A DNA stretch of 32,000 nt from Candidatus Lokiarchaeum ossiferum (GTDB lineage: Archaea > Asgardarchaeota > Lokiarchaeia > Sigyniarchaeales > Promethearchaeaceae), in contig CP104013.1 in the NCBI GenBank assembly GCA_025839675.1, positions 5,370,001-5,402,000 of the forward strand, in the 5' to 3' direction. The notes beneath the pieces are model-generated. The model did no database searches and was not told the DNA's origin. It was given only the letters and a program-made list of their open reading frames with translations. The translations under genes and the position numbers were made by a program. Positions 10,170 to 19,240 of this stretch are shown here, piece after piece (position 1 is the stretch's first letter; each line of letters starts with the position of its first letter).

Positions 10170-10535
10170 TTATTGTTTTGAATAATTATTTCCAGAAAAT
10201 TTTTCGATTGGGTATTTTTGGCGATTTTTAATCATCTTACGGTACACTTCCTCAGAAAAACTCTTTAATTGCAGAGTATTAGCTAAACTCATTAAATACA
10301 CAAAAATATCTGCCATCTCATCAGTTACCTTCTCAATATCTGCTGGGAGGTGTGAATCTGGTTGAAAAAGGAAATTTTCTAACAATTCGGCTGATTCAAT
10401 TGAGATTGCTTCAGATAGAGATTTTGGGGTATGATATTGTTCCCAGTTTCTTTCGTGGACAAACTCTGAAACTAATTCCCTTAATTCTGCGATAGTCGTT
10501 TCGTCTGTCCTTTTTAAACTGTCTTCTTCTGCCAT
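10170..10535 (-). CDS. MazG-like nucleotide pyrophosphohydrolase (dCTPase-like small all-alpha NTP-PPase)
   Basis: LRELVSEFVHERNWEQYHTPKSLSEAISIESAELLE...EMADIFVYL, which is an EExxE...ExxD-type MazG signature. The start lies 5 nt after the upstream hydrolase stop. Confidence 0.75.
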   Translation of the reverse strand: MAEEDSLKRTDETTIAELRELVSEFVHERNWEQYHTPKSLSEAISIESAELLENFLFQPDSHLPADIEKVTDEMADIFVYLMSLANTLQLKSFSEEVYRKMIKNRQKYPIEKFSGNNYSKQ

Positions 10536-10540
10536 TTATA

Positions 10541-11377
10541 TCATCCTGTAGAAATGAAATTATTATTTTGCAAAAAAGTATATATTATTTTATTATATTC
10601 TTCATGTCTTTGAGATATTCCTAAATGTCCTGTCATACTCACCATATGGTATTCAGAGTCTCTGATATTCTTTCTAAGTTGTTTTGAAAAATATATTGGT
10701 GCTTCTTCGTCTAATTCTGCACACATTATTAGAGTTGGACAAGAAATTTCTGATGAATCTATTTGGAATTCATTGAGATCCCAAATTTCATCTTTAATTC
10801 TGTTTTTTATCAAATCTCTATCTCGTTTGGATAAAATTACTTCATCTGGTTGTATGATTTTCTCAATAAGTGGGGATGTTTGGTCAACTATTTCGTCAAA
10901 GGATTGATTTATAATTTCATTGAAATTCACCCGAGAATATTTAGGTAATAAATTCCAGAAAATATTTTTAATTGTGCTATCGATAAACAAATTGCCTCCA
11001 TTTAATAAAATTAAAAATCTAACACGATTTCTATTGATTATGGTAAATTGCTGGGCAGTTGCAGTTCCAAACAGACCATAACCTAATATGGAAATTGATC
11101 CCTCAATAGATAAATATGTTAATAAATTGCTAAGATCGTTTAAGGTTGAGTTAATCATATTTTCTTGGAGTTCATATGGATTTTTATCGCTATTTCCATG
11201 TCCTATAACATCAAATAAAATCAATTTGAAATACTGTGCAAGAAACCTTTTTTGCTTTGAAAAAATAGTCTGAGAAGAGCCATATTCATGAATTAAGATT
11301 AAAACGGGGAGATTTGAATCTTTATTGAATATCTCAAAATATATTTCATAATCATTTTGATTCCGAAAGTATGGCAT
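10541..11377 (-). CDS. alpha/beta-hydrolase-fold protein with degenerate catalytic motifs
   Basis: Collinear with the paralog at 14901..15734. It has HE (H30-E31) instead of the oxyanion HG, and GYGLFG instead of GHSMGG, so the nucleophile position is G101. The C-terminal His (MTGHLG) is retained. Confidence 0.65.
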   Translation of the reverse strand: MPYFRNQNDYEIYFEIFNKDSNLPVLILIHEYGSSQTIFSKQKRFLAQYFKLILFDVIGHGNSDKNPYELQENMINSTLNDLSNLLTYLSIEGSISILGYGLFGTATAQQFTIINRNRVRFLILLNGGNLFIDSTIKNIFWNLLPKYSRVNFNEIINQSFDEIVDQTSPLIEKIIQPDEVILSKRDRDLIKNRIKDEIWDLNEFQIDSSEISCPTLIMCAELDEEAPIYFSKQLRKNIRDSEYHMVSMTGHLGISQRHEEYNKIIYTFLQNNNFISTG

Positions 11378-11467
11378 TAAGCCTATACAATTATTGAAAA
11401 TTAATAAATAAAGTCTATTAATGACTTTTTTTTAATAAAGAACGCTCTTAGTGAAGAAAAATCTTTA

Positions 11468-12757
11468 TCAATTAGCTTTTTTTTGCATAAAGTTATCTAA
11501 AGGATTTAAATTCAAGCGTTTCTTTAATAATTGATTTTTCATTGCTCTTTTTGCACCTTTTGTTAGAGGTTTCATATTTTTTTTTGCTGGTTTTGGAACT
11601 TTTGCTTTTTTAATCTCAAATTCTTTTGGAATTGGGAAAAAAAACTCATCATCTGAATCATTTAACGAATCATTAACCAAATTTTCAGGTAATTTCCATT
11701 TTTTAACTCCTTTTCCACTTGCAATTCTTAATAATATTTGCGCTTCATCCATATTAATTCCTGCACAATATCTGTTTGCAATGGTTAATTCAAATGCTAA
11801 AAAAGGTCCCCAGACTGTAGAATAGTTTATCCAGTCTATTAAAGCGCGGGTACTAGGAGATTTTGATATTGTTTTATCAACAATATTTGCTTTACGGCAC
11901 TCTGCTATAACTTCACAATATTTTATTGCCCATTCTTCATTAATACTTGTCAATCTTTGAATCAACCATGTTTCCTTTTCAATTGTAGGGTAATTCATAC
12001 TTAAAATTGCTGAAGCTCGATCTCGAACTGAATCTTGCAAATCATTAATACCTAATACATCGGGATTCATGCTGGCAATAATTAAAAGGTGTGCATGATT
12101 CTCCATTTTTACAAACTCATTATTGTTTTGGGTGAGCACTACTCCTTCTTGTCTGTCTAATAAGGGGTTGAGTGCCATTTGTGCATTTACTGTTAATGCA
12201 TTCAACTCATTAATTATTAAGATCCCCATGGAATATTGGTTGGTTGCCCGAATAATAGATGTAATTGGACCGTCTTGCCAGACAGTATTTTCTCCAACTA
12301 AGATTTGACTTCCTAAAAGATCAAGATCTATCATTGAGCTTACACAGTTCACTATCTGATAAGGACATTTATAACATTTGGCCAAAAATCCTCCCATTAC
12401 AGTTTTACCTAAACCAGGTGGACTAAAGAAATAAAAAGTAGTTACATGTTTTGTTCCAGAGTTACGATCACGTTCAATTGCTCTCCGAATTAGTTCCAAT
12501 TCATTAATCTTCTCCCTTGAAGAACTTTCAAATTCCATTATTGGAAAATAAATTGGATCATTCTCTGACGGAAGTATTACTGTAAAATTAAGCGTGGATT
12601 GCTGAATTTTTTTTAATGGGATGTCTAACTCTTCAGAATTCTCCATTTCTTGGTTTGAATGTTCTTCATTCTCCTTTTCCATCTGTTTTGATAATTCAAC
12701 AACCCTTTGATCTTCTTCAATATTTGATTTGTTTGCTTTTAAGGAGATTTGTTTCAC
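11468..12757 (-). CDS. MoxR/CbbQ/NorQ-type AAA+ ATPase
   Basis: Walker A is SPPGLGKT (12401-12415). Walker B region is ILIINELN. Sensor-1 is ASMNP, followed by VRDRAS. WQDGPIT is typical of the CbbQ/NorQ group. The track start 12757 is GTG, and an internal ATG (M26) is possible. N-terminal tail is acidic and C-terminal tail is Lys-rich. Confidence 0.8.
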   Translation of the reverse strand: MKQISLKANKSNIEEDQRVVELSKQMEKENEEHSNQEMENSEELDIPLKKIQQSTLNFTVILPSENDPIYFPIMEFESSSREKINELELIRRAIERDRNSGTKHVTTFYFFSPPGLGKTVMGGFLAKCYKCPYQIVNCVSSMIDLDLLGSQILVGENTVWQDGPITSIIRATNQYSMGILIINELNALTVNAQMALNPLLDRQEGVVLTQNNNEFVKMENHAHLLIIASMNPDVLGINDLQDSVRDRASAILSMNYPTIEKETWLIQRLTSINEEWAIKYCEVIAECRKANIVDKTISKSPSTRALIDWINYSTVWGPFLAFELTIANRYCAGINMDEAQILLRIASGKGVKKWKLPENLVNDSLNDSDDEFFFPIPKEFEIKKAKVPKPAKKNMKPLTKGAKRAMKNQLLKKRLNLNPLDNFMQKKAN

Positions 12758-12819
12758 CTTGAAATGATATTAGTTCTAATATTTCTCGAATTATTTAAAC
12801 TCCCTTGAAAAATCTTACC

Positions 12820-14844
12820 ATGGAAATAAAAACTTCAAAAAATCGTTCATTTCATCGCACCCTATCATTAAAGGAACGAACTTTAATAGAAAATGTCGCC
12901 CGAAGGGTTTCTGATCTTTCTAAGTGCAATATTTGTTTAGGGGCGCCATGTACGGATGGAAAAAATATTTTTTTGCCATTCAATGATTCTTCTTTATCCT
13001 ATTATGATTTAGAAGCTCTTGCCGCTCATGAAGGAGGGCACATTCGATTCAAGAGCTTAATTGATCCAAAAATATCTGCTGGTATATCTCCCAAAATGCC
13101 CGAATTAGGCCAAATTGTGCTCAATATTTGTGAAGATGCTCGAATTGAATATTTATTAAAACTCACCTTTCCGGGTTTTTGGGAAGAATTGAATGAGTTA
13201 AATGCTCGATTTTGCATGGAAAATCTTGTTCAGGCAAAAGAATTGGACGTGAAAAATTCGAGATCTGAAAAAATGCTTAATTTTTTATTGCATATAACCA
13301 GTCTGATAGGTTGTGAAAATGAAGATTATATATATTCACATTTCTTAAGAGAAGATGGGTTCTTTAAATTTGGTTCTCAGAGTATGAAATCTTTCTGGAT
13401 CGATGTTAAAAAAGCAATTTATTTTGTACGAAAAGAACAGTCGTTCTTGTCTTCCATAATAGCGTCTAAAAAGATAATATTGGCAATTGAAAACTATTTC
13501 AAAAAAAGTATCTTGGAGCATTCTAAATCAAGTGATAATCGATCAAACAATTCGGGGTCAGTTAATGATGGAGATTCATTGAAAATCACAAAAAGAAGTG
13601 TATCTGGTTTGACAGAAAAAAAATCAAATAAAAAACAAACATCTACAAGTAAACAAGAAAATATTGAATCTGATCCCCTGAGTTTTGATAAATTGAATGA
13701 AATTCTTAAAAAAAAGAAGAAAATTTTGTCTTCTTCTAAGCTTAACGGCTCAAAATCTAGTGGAATTCCAATAACAAAATTGAATTCAAAAGAAAGAAAT
13801 ATGATTGAAACGTTAATTAAAGAACTTACTGAAAAAGAGTGTTTAGAAAGTCCTATTATAGATGAAATCACCCATAAATTCAAAACTGAACTTAAGCACT
13901 CTCATGAAGAGATTGAATCCATTTTACAAGAAATGAAATCCTTTAAGAAATCCCCCGCGACATCGATTTTCGAAGAAAAGAAGCGAATACTAGTTGAGGG
14001 AAATATAAAAATTCACGTTGTCTCCAACAAAGATGAACTGAAAAAACTAAATGGTATTCATTCTCCTGAAAAATCTTATCAAAACATACGTTCTACTTAT
14101 TTTCCTATTATTTACAAACTTCGATCAAAACTTGCTCCAATAAAACAATCTCAATCCTTAATTAGAGGTCAACGAAGAGGTTATATTTCAGGTCGCGATC
14201 TCTCTCAAGTTAAAGCAAGTAGAGGAAATTTTAATCGCCCTTTTAAAAGAAAACAATTATCTCGGGGTGCCCAACTTATTTTACTAATCGATGAATCTGG
14301 CTCTATGCGAGGTTCGAGAATAAAAATGGCCAAAAGTGCTGCAATCATTATTGCCGAAGCCTTAAAAAATACTAAAATTGATTTTTCAATAATCGGATTT
14401 GGTGCCAAATCGAGTCAAATGATAATTTGTGAAAAAATATACAAAGATTTCAGAGAATCCCCAAATTCTGAAAAGATTGGTTCTATTGGAATTTCAAATC
14501 AATTCATCCAAAATCGTGATGGTACTTCCTTCCGAATGGCGGTAGAACGTCGGATTTTAAAGTTTGGGCCACAAATTCCAATACTTATTATACTTTCAGA
14601 TGGAGAGCCTTGTCATGGGGGTACCTCATATTGTGGACAACACGCTATAATTGAAACAAAAAAATCTGTAGAAGACATTTTGCGGATGAAGATCAAAGTT
14701 TTTGCGCTTAGTATTGATTCTCATGGTGGTTCATACCTTGAAGCAATCTATGGGAAGGATAGATTTCAGATTGTTGAAAATTTAGCGGAACTACCTAATA
14801 AATTAATCAAATTAGTTTCCAATATTGCAAAAGCATTGATCTAA
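12820..14844 (+). CDS. von Willebrand factor A domain protein, NorD/CobT/CbbO-like, with N-terminal HExxH motif
   Basis: C-terminal VWA domain with MIDAS DESGS (14290-14304, LILLIDESGSM), plus ILSDGEP. N-terminal motifs are TDGKNIF...AAHEGGH (13027-13041)...CEDARIEY. The central linker is K/S-rich and low-complexity. First ATG is at 12820 (the track start 12805 is TTG). Confidence 0.75.
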   Translation: MEIKTSKNRSFHRTLSLKERTLIENVARRVSDLSKCNICLGAPCTDGKNIFLPFNDSSLSYYDLEALAAHEGGHIRFKSLIDPKISAGISPKMPELGQIVLNICEDARIEYLLKLTFPGFWEELNELNARFCMENLVQAKELDVKNSRSEKMLNFLLHITSLIGCENEDYIYSHFLREDGFFKFGSQSMKSFWIDVKKAIYFVRKEQSFLSSIIASKKIILAIENYFKKSILEHSKSSDNRSNNSGSVNDGDSLKITKRSVSGLTEKKSNKKQTSTSKQENIESDPLSFDKLNEILKKKKKILSSSKLNGSKSSGIPITKLNSKERNMIETLIKELTEKECLESPIIDEITHKFKTELKHSHEEIESILQEMKSFKKSPATSIFEEKKRILVEGNIKIHVVSNKDELKKLNGIHSPEKSYQNIRSTYFPIIYKLRSKLAPIKQSQSLIRGQRRGYISGRDLSQVKASRGNFNRPFKRKQLSRGAQLILLIDESGSMRGSRIKMAKSAAIIIAEALKNTKIDFSIIGFGAKSSQMIICEKIYKDFRESPNSEKIGSIGISNQFIQNRDGTSFRMAVERRILKFGPQIPILIILSDGEPCHGGTSYCGQHAIIETKKSVEDILRMKIKVFALSIDSHGGSYLEAIYGKDRFQIVENLAELPNKLIKLVSNIAKALI

Positions 14845-14900
14845 AGAATAAATGTTATCCAATTTGAGAAAAAAATTTCTAATTGATAAATTTCTATTAA

Positions 14901-15734
14901 TTAATTGTGCAAAAGGATGAAATTTGAAATATGTTTGGCTACTTTCTCTGGAATTTCATAATTAATCCCATGACTCATTTTTGGAATCTTTATAAATAGA
15001 GAATTTGGAAGCGTATCATGTAACTTGATTCCAAAAATATGATGAAGGGTCTGATCTCTTCCTCCATGTAAAATTAGTGTGGGGACATTAATGTTTTTTA
15101 ATTCTTGATATAGATCATAGTGATACGCCATATTTTCCAATAAAACTGTCAAAATTAGGGGGTTCATGCTTAATTTTCGTTCAATTTCCTCTTTTATAAT
15201 TGATGGATTTTCTTTGGCAAATTTCCGTGTATATCCTTTTTTTGTACTGCCTTTGAAATATTCCTCATCTAAGATTATATTACCTGCTTTTATTCCTTCT
15301 ACTTGCTCTATAATTGAACCTGAATCATCTCCTGCGGTGCTTGATCCTATTATTACAGCAGTACAAATATTTGGAAAGTAGGTCATAAATTGGAGCAAAA
15401 CCATGCCACCCATTGAATGACCATAGTAGTAAATATTACTTCTAGTGATTAAGCTCAATCCAACTAGTATTTCGTGCAGATCGAGAGCCAATTGTGAAAT
15501 TGTGTATAAAGGTAATGTTTCTTCATATTTAATTCCGGTAGGTGCATCCGACTGTCCATGTCCCCGGTGATCCCATCTTAAAATATAGTAACGGTCAATT
15601 AATAAGGGGAATATCTTATCAAATGTTGAGCAATTACTTCCATATCCATGTGCTAAGACTAATAATGGATTTTCTGGATTTCCTTCTAATTTATAGAAGA
15701 TTCGAGTTGTTGACGCAAGTGTGTAAGTTGGCAT
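14901..15734 (-). CDS. alpha/beta hydrolase (canonical Ser-His type)
   Basis: VLAHGYGS (HG oxyanion motif), YYGHSMGG nucleophile elbow and a C-terminal KMSHG His. ATG at 15734 (MPTYTL...) is preferred over the hydrophobic 23-codon extension in the track. Confidence 0.8.
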   Translation of the reverse strand: MPTYTLASTTRIFYKLEGNPENPLLVLAHGYGSNCSTFDKIFPLLIDRYYILRWDHRGHGQSDAPTGIKYEETLPLYTISQLALDLHEILVGLSLITRSNIYYYGHSMGGMVLLQFMTYFPNICTAVIIGSSTAGDDSGSIIEQVEGIKAGNIILDEEYFKGSTKKGYTRKFAKENPSIIKEEIERKLSMNPLILTVLLENMAYHYDLYQELKNINVPTLILHGGRDQTLHHIFGIKLHDTLPNSLFIKIPKMSHGINYEIPEKVAKHISNFILLHN

Positions 15735-15787
15735 TTCTCTTAATTTTATTAATGTGAAAAAATAAATAATATTTGTGTGAAAATTTA

Positions 15788-16432
15788 ATGAATAAAAGTA
15801 CAAATTTAGAACTAATTGAATTGAAGGGTCCTTCTTTCCTACAAAAATTCTTCGAAAAAATATCTCTTCGATCCCTATGGATTATCTCTGGTTTTGGATT
15901 TCTTTCAACCATAATTATTTATCTAATTATGGCTCCTATTGAGTTGGAATTGAAAGAAATATCACCATTTGGTGTTATGGAACTTGAATTTATGTGGACT
16001 CGTTCGCAAGCTCAGGTTATTATTGATGCTTGGGGATTGGAATACATTCAAAAGGAACTTTTTGTCACTTATCTTGATTTTGTTTTTATGCCTGCCTATG
16101 CAATTTTATTTAGCAGTTTTTCTCTTGCCATTTCCAAAAAAATAGTCCATAATAAAACTAACTTGAAAAAATCTCCAATTGTGAAATTTTTCTCCAGGAA
16201 CGGTTTAGTTATTGGATTATTTCCTTGGATCGCTGTAATATTTGATATCATTGAAAATCTAAATATTATTTATATTTTAACAAATCCTGAAATGTTTAGA
16301 AATTTTGCTCCTTTTCTAACATCTGTTTGTGCATCCATCAAGTTTTCGTTTTTACTATTGTCTATTCTATTTTCTTTGGTTGAAATTCTGGTATTTTTAT
16401 TTATGAAAAATAAAAGGATGAAAGAAATTTAG
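15788..16432 (+). CDS. hypothetical multi-pass membrane protein
   Basis: About 214 aa with several long hydrophobic segments. First ATG is at 15788 (the track start 15773 is GTG). Confidence 0.5.
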   Translation: MNKSTNLELIELKGPSFLQKFFEKISLRSLWIISGFGFLSTIIIYLIMAPIELELKEISPFGVMELEFMWTRSQAQVIIDAWGLEYIQKELFVTYLDFVFMPAYAILFSSFSLAISKKIVHNKTNLKKSPIVKFFSRNGLVIGLFPWIAVIFDIIENLNIIYILTNPEMFRNFAPFLTSVCASIKFSFLLLSILFSLVEILVFLFMKNKRMKEI

Positions 16433-16626
16433 AGGATTTGATATTCCTAAACATGGTTGATTTTCGACCATAGACTACAAAAATTTAATCTTATTGACTT
16501 ATTTAAGGAAATGTCTTCAATTTTTTCGATTGGACTTAATATTTATCATATTTTTAGTAAAATGCGTTTTCAATAATATAGCGGTTATATTTTTAAATTC
16601 TGCGACACTATCTTAATGTAATATAT

Positions 16627-16788
16627 ATGTGCTCTCCAAAGGATGAAATCCATTTTGATTATGCTCAAATTTTAGAAGAAGCTTATATGCATTATTCAAA
16701 AGACTTAATTACACAGGATCAGCTTGCTCGTATTGAGAAAAAGTGTGAAGATATTATACAAAAGAGCAATTCGTCTTTAGAGTGTTAA
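16627..16788 (+). CDS. possible small ORF (53 aa), hypothetical
   Basis: ATG 16627 to TAA 16786-16788 (MCSPKDEIHFDYAQILEEAYMHYSKDLITQDQLARIEKKCEDIIQKSNSSLEC). It sits in an otherwise empty 370-bp gap, below the ORF-track length cutoff, and has no homology evidence. Confidence 0.2.
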   Translation: MCSPKDEIHFDYAQILEEAYMHYSKDLITQDQLARIEKKCEDIIQKSNSSLEC

Positions 16789-16802
16789 GATACAATAAAA
16801 TA

Positions 16803-17120
16803 CTAAAAAAATTTCCTGATATTATCTATTATTTGAAAGATTTCCGGATTTCTGATTGAATACATATTTTTTTTTCCTTCTTGGCGATATTGCAAAATTT
16901 TTCCATCTACTAAACTTTTCAAATGTTTTGAAATCGCAGCTTGAGTATAAGAAAAATGGGGTAATAAGTCACAGACACATAATTCTCCCTCGTGGAGGAG
17001 TAGAATCAATTCTATTCGAATAGGGGAAGATAGTGTTTTGCAAAATTCCGCTAATACCTTGATTTGTGGTCGAGGTAAAATATTCATCTCTAATTTGTGA
17101 GGATTTTTACATGCTGTCAT
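16803..17120 (-). CDS. arsR: ArsR/SmtB-family metal(loid)-responsive transcriptional repressor
   Basis: 105 aa with a winged-HTH layout and HEGELCVCDL, the ELCVCDL metalloid-binding motif of classical ArsR. It is the last gene of the minus-strand operon. Confidence 0.85.
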   Translation of the reverse strand: MTACKNPHKLEMNILPRPQIKVLAEFCKTLSSPIRIELILLLHEGELCVCDLLPHFSYTQAAISKHLKSLVDGKILQYRQEGKKNMYSIRNPEIFQIIDNIRKFF

Positions 17121-17135
17121 TGTTTATCATCTATT

Positions 17136-17558
17136 TTATAAACTTAAGGGATTTAACTCTTTTCCAGCACATTCTGCAATATGAAGTGCCAATTTTTCAC
17201 TTAGGGAATGATTTTTCCATTTTAAATCATGTAATGGCCCATTTTTTACTTGCTGCCATTCTGTCTCAGTGTAAAATTCTGATAATTCAATTTCCTTAAT
17301 TGGTTCCCGTCCTAAATTATTAACTGATCGGGCAGCGCATTTTTTCTGACAACCGTCAACAGTAATGCATGGGAATTTTTTCACAAAATTTTGTTCCTTC
17401 TCATCCCCAGCTAAAAATAAAGGAACACAGATTGTCGTTGTACTCCCCGGAATATACTCTGAAAGTACCTTTATTGTGGCAATACGCGAAACTGTGCCGC
17501 CTGGACATTCTTCTCCACTACAAGATAGAATTCCAATATATTTTGGTTGAATAATCAT
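17136..17558 (-). CDS. DGC-domain putative metal-binding protein (paralog 1)
   Basis: ILSCSG...TICVPL...CITVDGCQKKCA. It shares the CSG...(D/N)GCxKKC pattern with the two upstream genes. GGAGGA lies 6 nt upstream, and an ATGA overlap joins it to the upstream gene. Confidence 0.6.
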   Translation of the reverse strand: MIIQPKYIGILSCSGEECPGGTVSRIATIKVLSEYIPGSTTTICVPLFLAGDEKEQNFVKKFPCITVDGCQKKCAARSVNNLGREPIKEIELSEFYTETEWQQVKNGPLHDLKWKNHSLSEKLALHIAECAGKELNPLSL

Positions 17559-17995
17559 CGTGATTCCTCCATAAAATTGTCTATATCTGTACCGATATCC
17601 CTAGCTGTCCGTTTTGCTAATTCTAAAGCTTGCTCTCCAGGATCTAATATGCTTTTTCCTAGTTTAAGATCCCTATTTTTTACCAGAAATTTTGGCATCA
17701 AATACTTTTTTGCTACCAATCCTCCATTCTTTTCAACATTCAAGGTGGCACATTTTTTTGGACATCCATCAATCGTAAAAATAGGATGTTCTTGGATTGT
17801 GATTTTAGATTCATCATCAGCAACAACTAGTCGTGCTAAACATAACAATCGAGTATCATGTGGCTTTAAGTTTTGAGTTACTTCATAAGCAGTCCAGCGA
17901 GTAACGGTTCCCAATGCCTTTCCAATTCCGCTGCAAGGCAAAATTAAGACTTTTTTATCCTTTGATTCTTCTAATTTTTCATTATTTAATTTCAT
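17555..17995 (-). CDS. DGC-domain putative metal-binding protein (paralog 2)
   Basis: LILPCSG...LLCLARL...IFTIDGCPKKCA. ATG at 17995 has AAGGAGA 9 nt upstream (the track start 18001 is TTG). The stop is TGA at 17555-17557. Confidence 0.6.
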   Translation of the reverse strand: MKLNNEKLEESKDKKVLILPCSGIGKALGTVTRWTAYEVTQNLKPHDTRLLCLARLVVADDESKITIQEHPIFTIDGCPKKCATLNVEKNGGLVAKKYLMPKFLVKNRDLKLGKSILDPGEQALELAKRTARDIGTDIDNFMEESR

Positions 17996-18905
17996 CTTCA
18001 ATTTTCTCCTTCATGTGTGCAAAATAGTCAAGGGGGGTCATTAAATCTTCTAATTCTGTATCGAATGTGGATGGTTCTATCACACAAATCCATCCATTAG
18101 TATATGGTTCTCTATTAATTATATCTGGTTCTTCAATCAAAGCCTTATTTACTTGAACCACATTTCCAGTAAAAGGAGAGAGTAGATCAATTACTGTTTT
18201 TGTTGATTCGATTGAAGCTAAAGATTCCAATTGCTCCGCTTTTGAGCCGATTTCAGGTAAATCAATTATCACAATATCACTCATATTTTGTTGTAAATAA
18301 TCCGAGATTCCAACTACTGCCTTTCCATCTTGCATATAGACCCAAGCATCATTCCAAGTGAAATATAGCCCTGATTTATTATTGGGGACTTTGAACTCAA
18401 ATTTTGCTTGAAGATATTTTTGCCATTGCTCGTAATTGGGTAAGAATTGGAATTTCTCATCAAAAATATCTTTTTTTGGTGATACTTGCGGATACAATTT
18501 CAAATAAATTTCTTTTGCGGTTTCAGTGGCAATATTTAGTTCATCACCTGTTAAACTTGTTTTACCTTTTGGGGAGAATCCTTTTCCCTTTATTGATTGA
18601 GGTATATTGAAAACAAAATCTGGTCTCAATTCTTTAGTTTCACATAATTTTGAAACACATTTTTTTCCGCATCCATTTAGAACACATATCGATTTGTTTT
18701 TTAAAAGATCTTGGACATTTTCTTCTTCTACAGAGATTTGAGCAAATGATGGTTCAATTACTATATTTTTTGAATGTTCTCTACCCATTTGCACTAATTC
18801 CAGTGCAATTGATGTGCTTAATTGACCTGTTAATCTCTCTATTCCGCTACATGGTATGATTAGTATGTTTTCTTGATTATGGGTTATATTTAATTCGTTT
18901 TGCAT
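17982..18905 (-). CDS. fusion protein: N-terminal DGC-like domain plus C-terminal glycine-cleavage-H-like lipoyl-carrier domain
   Basis: N-terminal motifs are LIIPCSG...CVLNGCGKKCVSKLC. The C-terminal part is collinear with GcvH (VVGISDYLQQNMSDIVIIDLPEIGSKAEQLESLASIESTKTVIDLLSPFTGNVVQVN...EPYTNGWICVIE). The lipoyl-Lys position is retained (K236, 18198-18200). Confidence 0.75.
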   Translation of the reverse strand: MQNELNITHNQENILIIPCSGIERLTGQLSTSIALELVQMGREHSKNIVIEPSFAQISVEEENVQDLLKNKSICVLNGCGKKCVSKLCETKELRPDFVFNIPQSIKGKGFSPKGKTSLTGDELNIATETAKEIYLKLYPQVSPKKDIFDEKFQFLPNYEQWQKYLQAKFEFKVPNNKSGLYFTWNDAWVYMQDGKAVVGISDYLQQNMSDIVIIDLPEIGSKAEQLESLASIESTKTVIDLLSPFTGNVVQVNKALIEEPDIINREPYTNGWICVIEPSTFDTELEDLMTPLDYFAHMKEKIEDEIK

Positions 18906-18919
18906 ATATATTCACCAAA

Positions 18920-19240
18920 TTATTTCGAGAGTGTTTTTTTTTTAATTTCTGCTTTAATGGATTTAATTTGTTTCAAAACTTCCTTTTTCGGTTGAAAAAT
19001 CATAGCTCCTTCGATAGGACACATTTTTAAGCATGCCTGGCAGAAAACCACACAATTTTTTGGTTTAACTACCACAATCTTTCCATCCTTTTTCTCATAT
19101 ACTCCATGAGCGCAAAAAGTTACACAATCTCCGCAATTATTGCATTTTTCATAATCAATTATGGGAAACCAATCTATTTGACCTCTTGGTACTCCCATGA
19201 ACTTGTGAGGGTTTTTCATATTACGACTTGCTTCACTCAT
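18920..19240 (-). CDS. 2x[4Fe-4S] ferredoxin-like protein
   Basis: CNNCGDCVTFC and CVVFCQACLKMCP cluster motifs. ATG at 19240 overlaps the upstream gene's TGA by 8 nt (the track start 19243 is TTG). Confidence 0.8.
   Translation of the reverse strand: MSEASRNMKNPHKFMGVPRGQIDWFPIIDYEKCNNCGDCVTFCAHGVYEKKDGKIVVVKPKNCVVFCQACLKMCPIEGAMIFQPKKEVLKQIKSIKAEIKKKTLSK

Noticed and set aside
13494-13883. 129-aa minus-strand ORF
   Set aside because: It is antisense to the K/S-rich low-complexity linker of the VWA gene, and its open frame is a by-product of the biased composition.
15691-15912. 73-aa minus-strand ORF spanning the divergent promoter between the hydrolase and the membrane protein
   Set aside because: It overlaps two better-supported genes and their intergenic promoter, and has no motif.
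17066-17876. Plus-strand ORFs (17066-17299, 17365-17554, 17547-17876) within the DGC/ArsR operon
   Set aside because: They are antisense to motif-bearing, translationally coupled genes.
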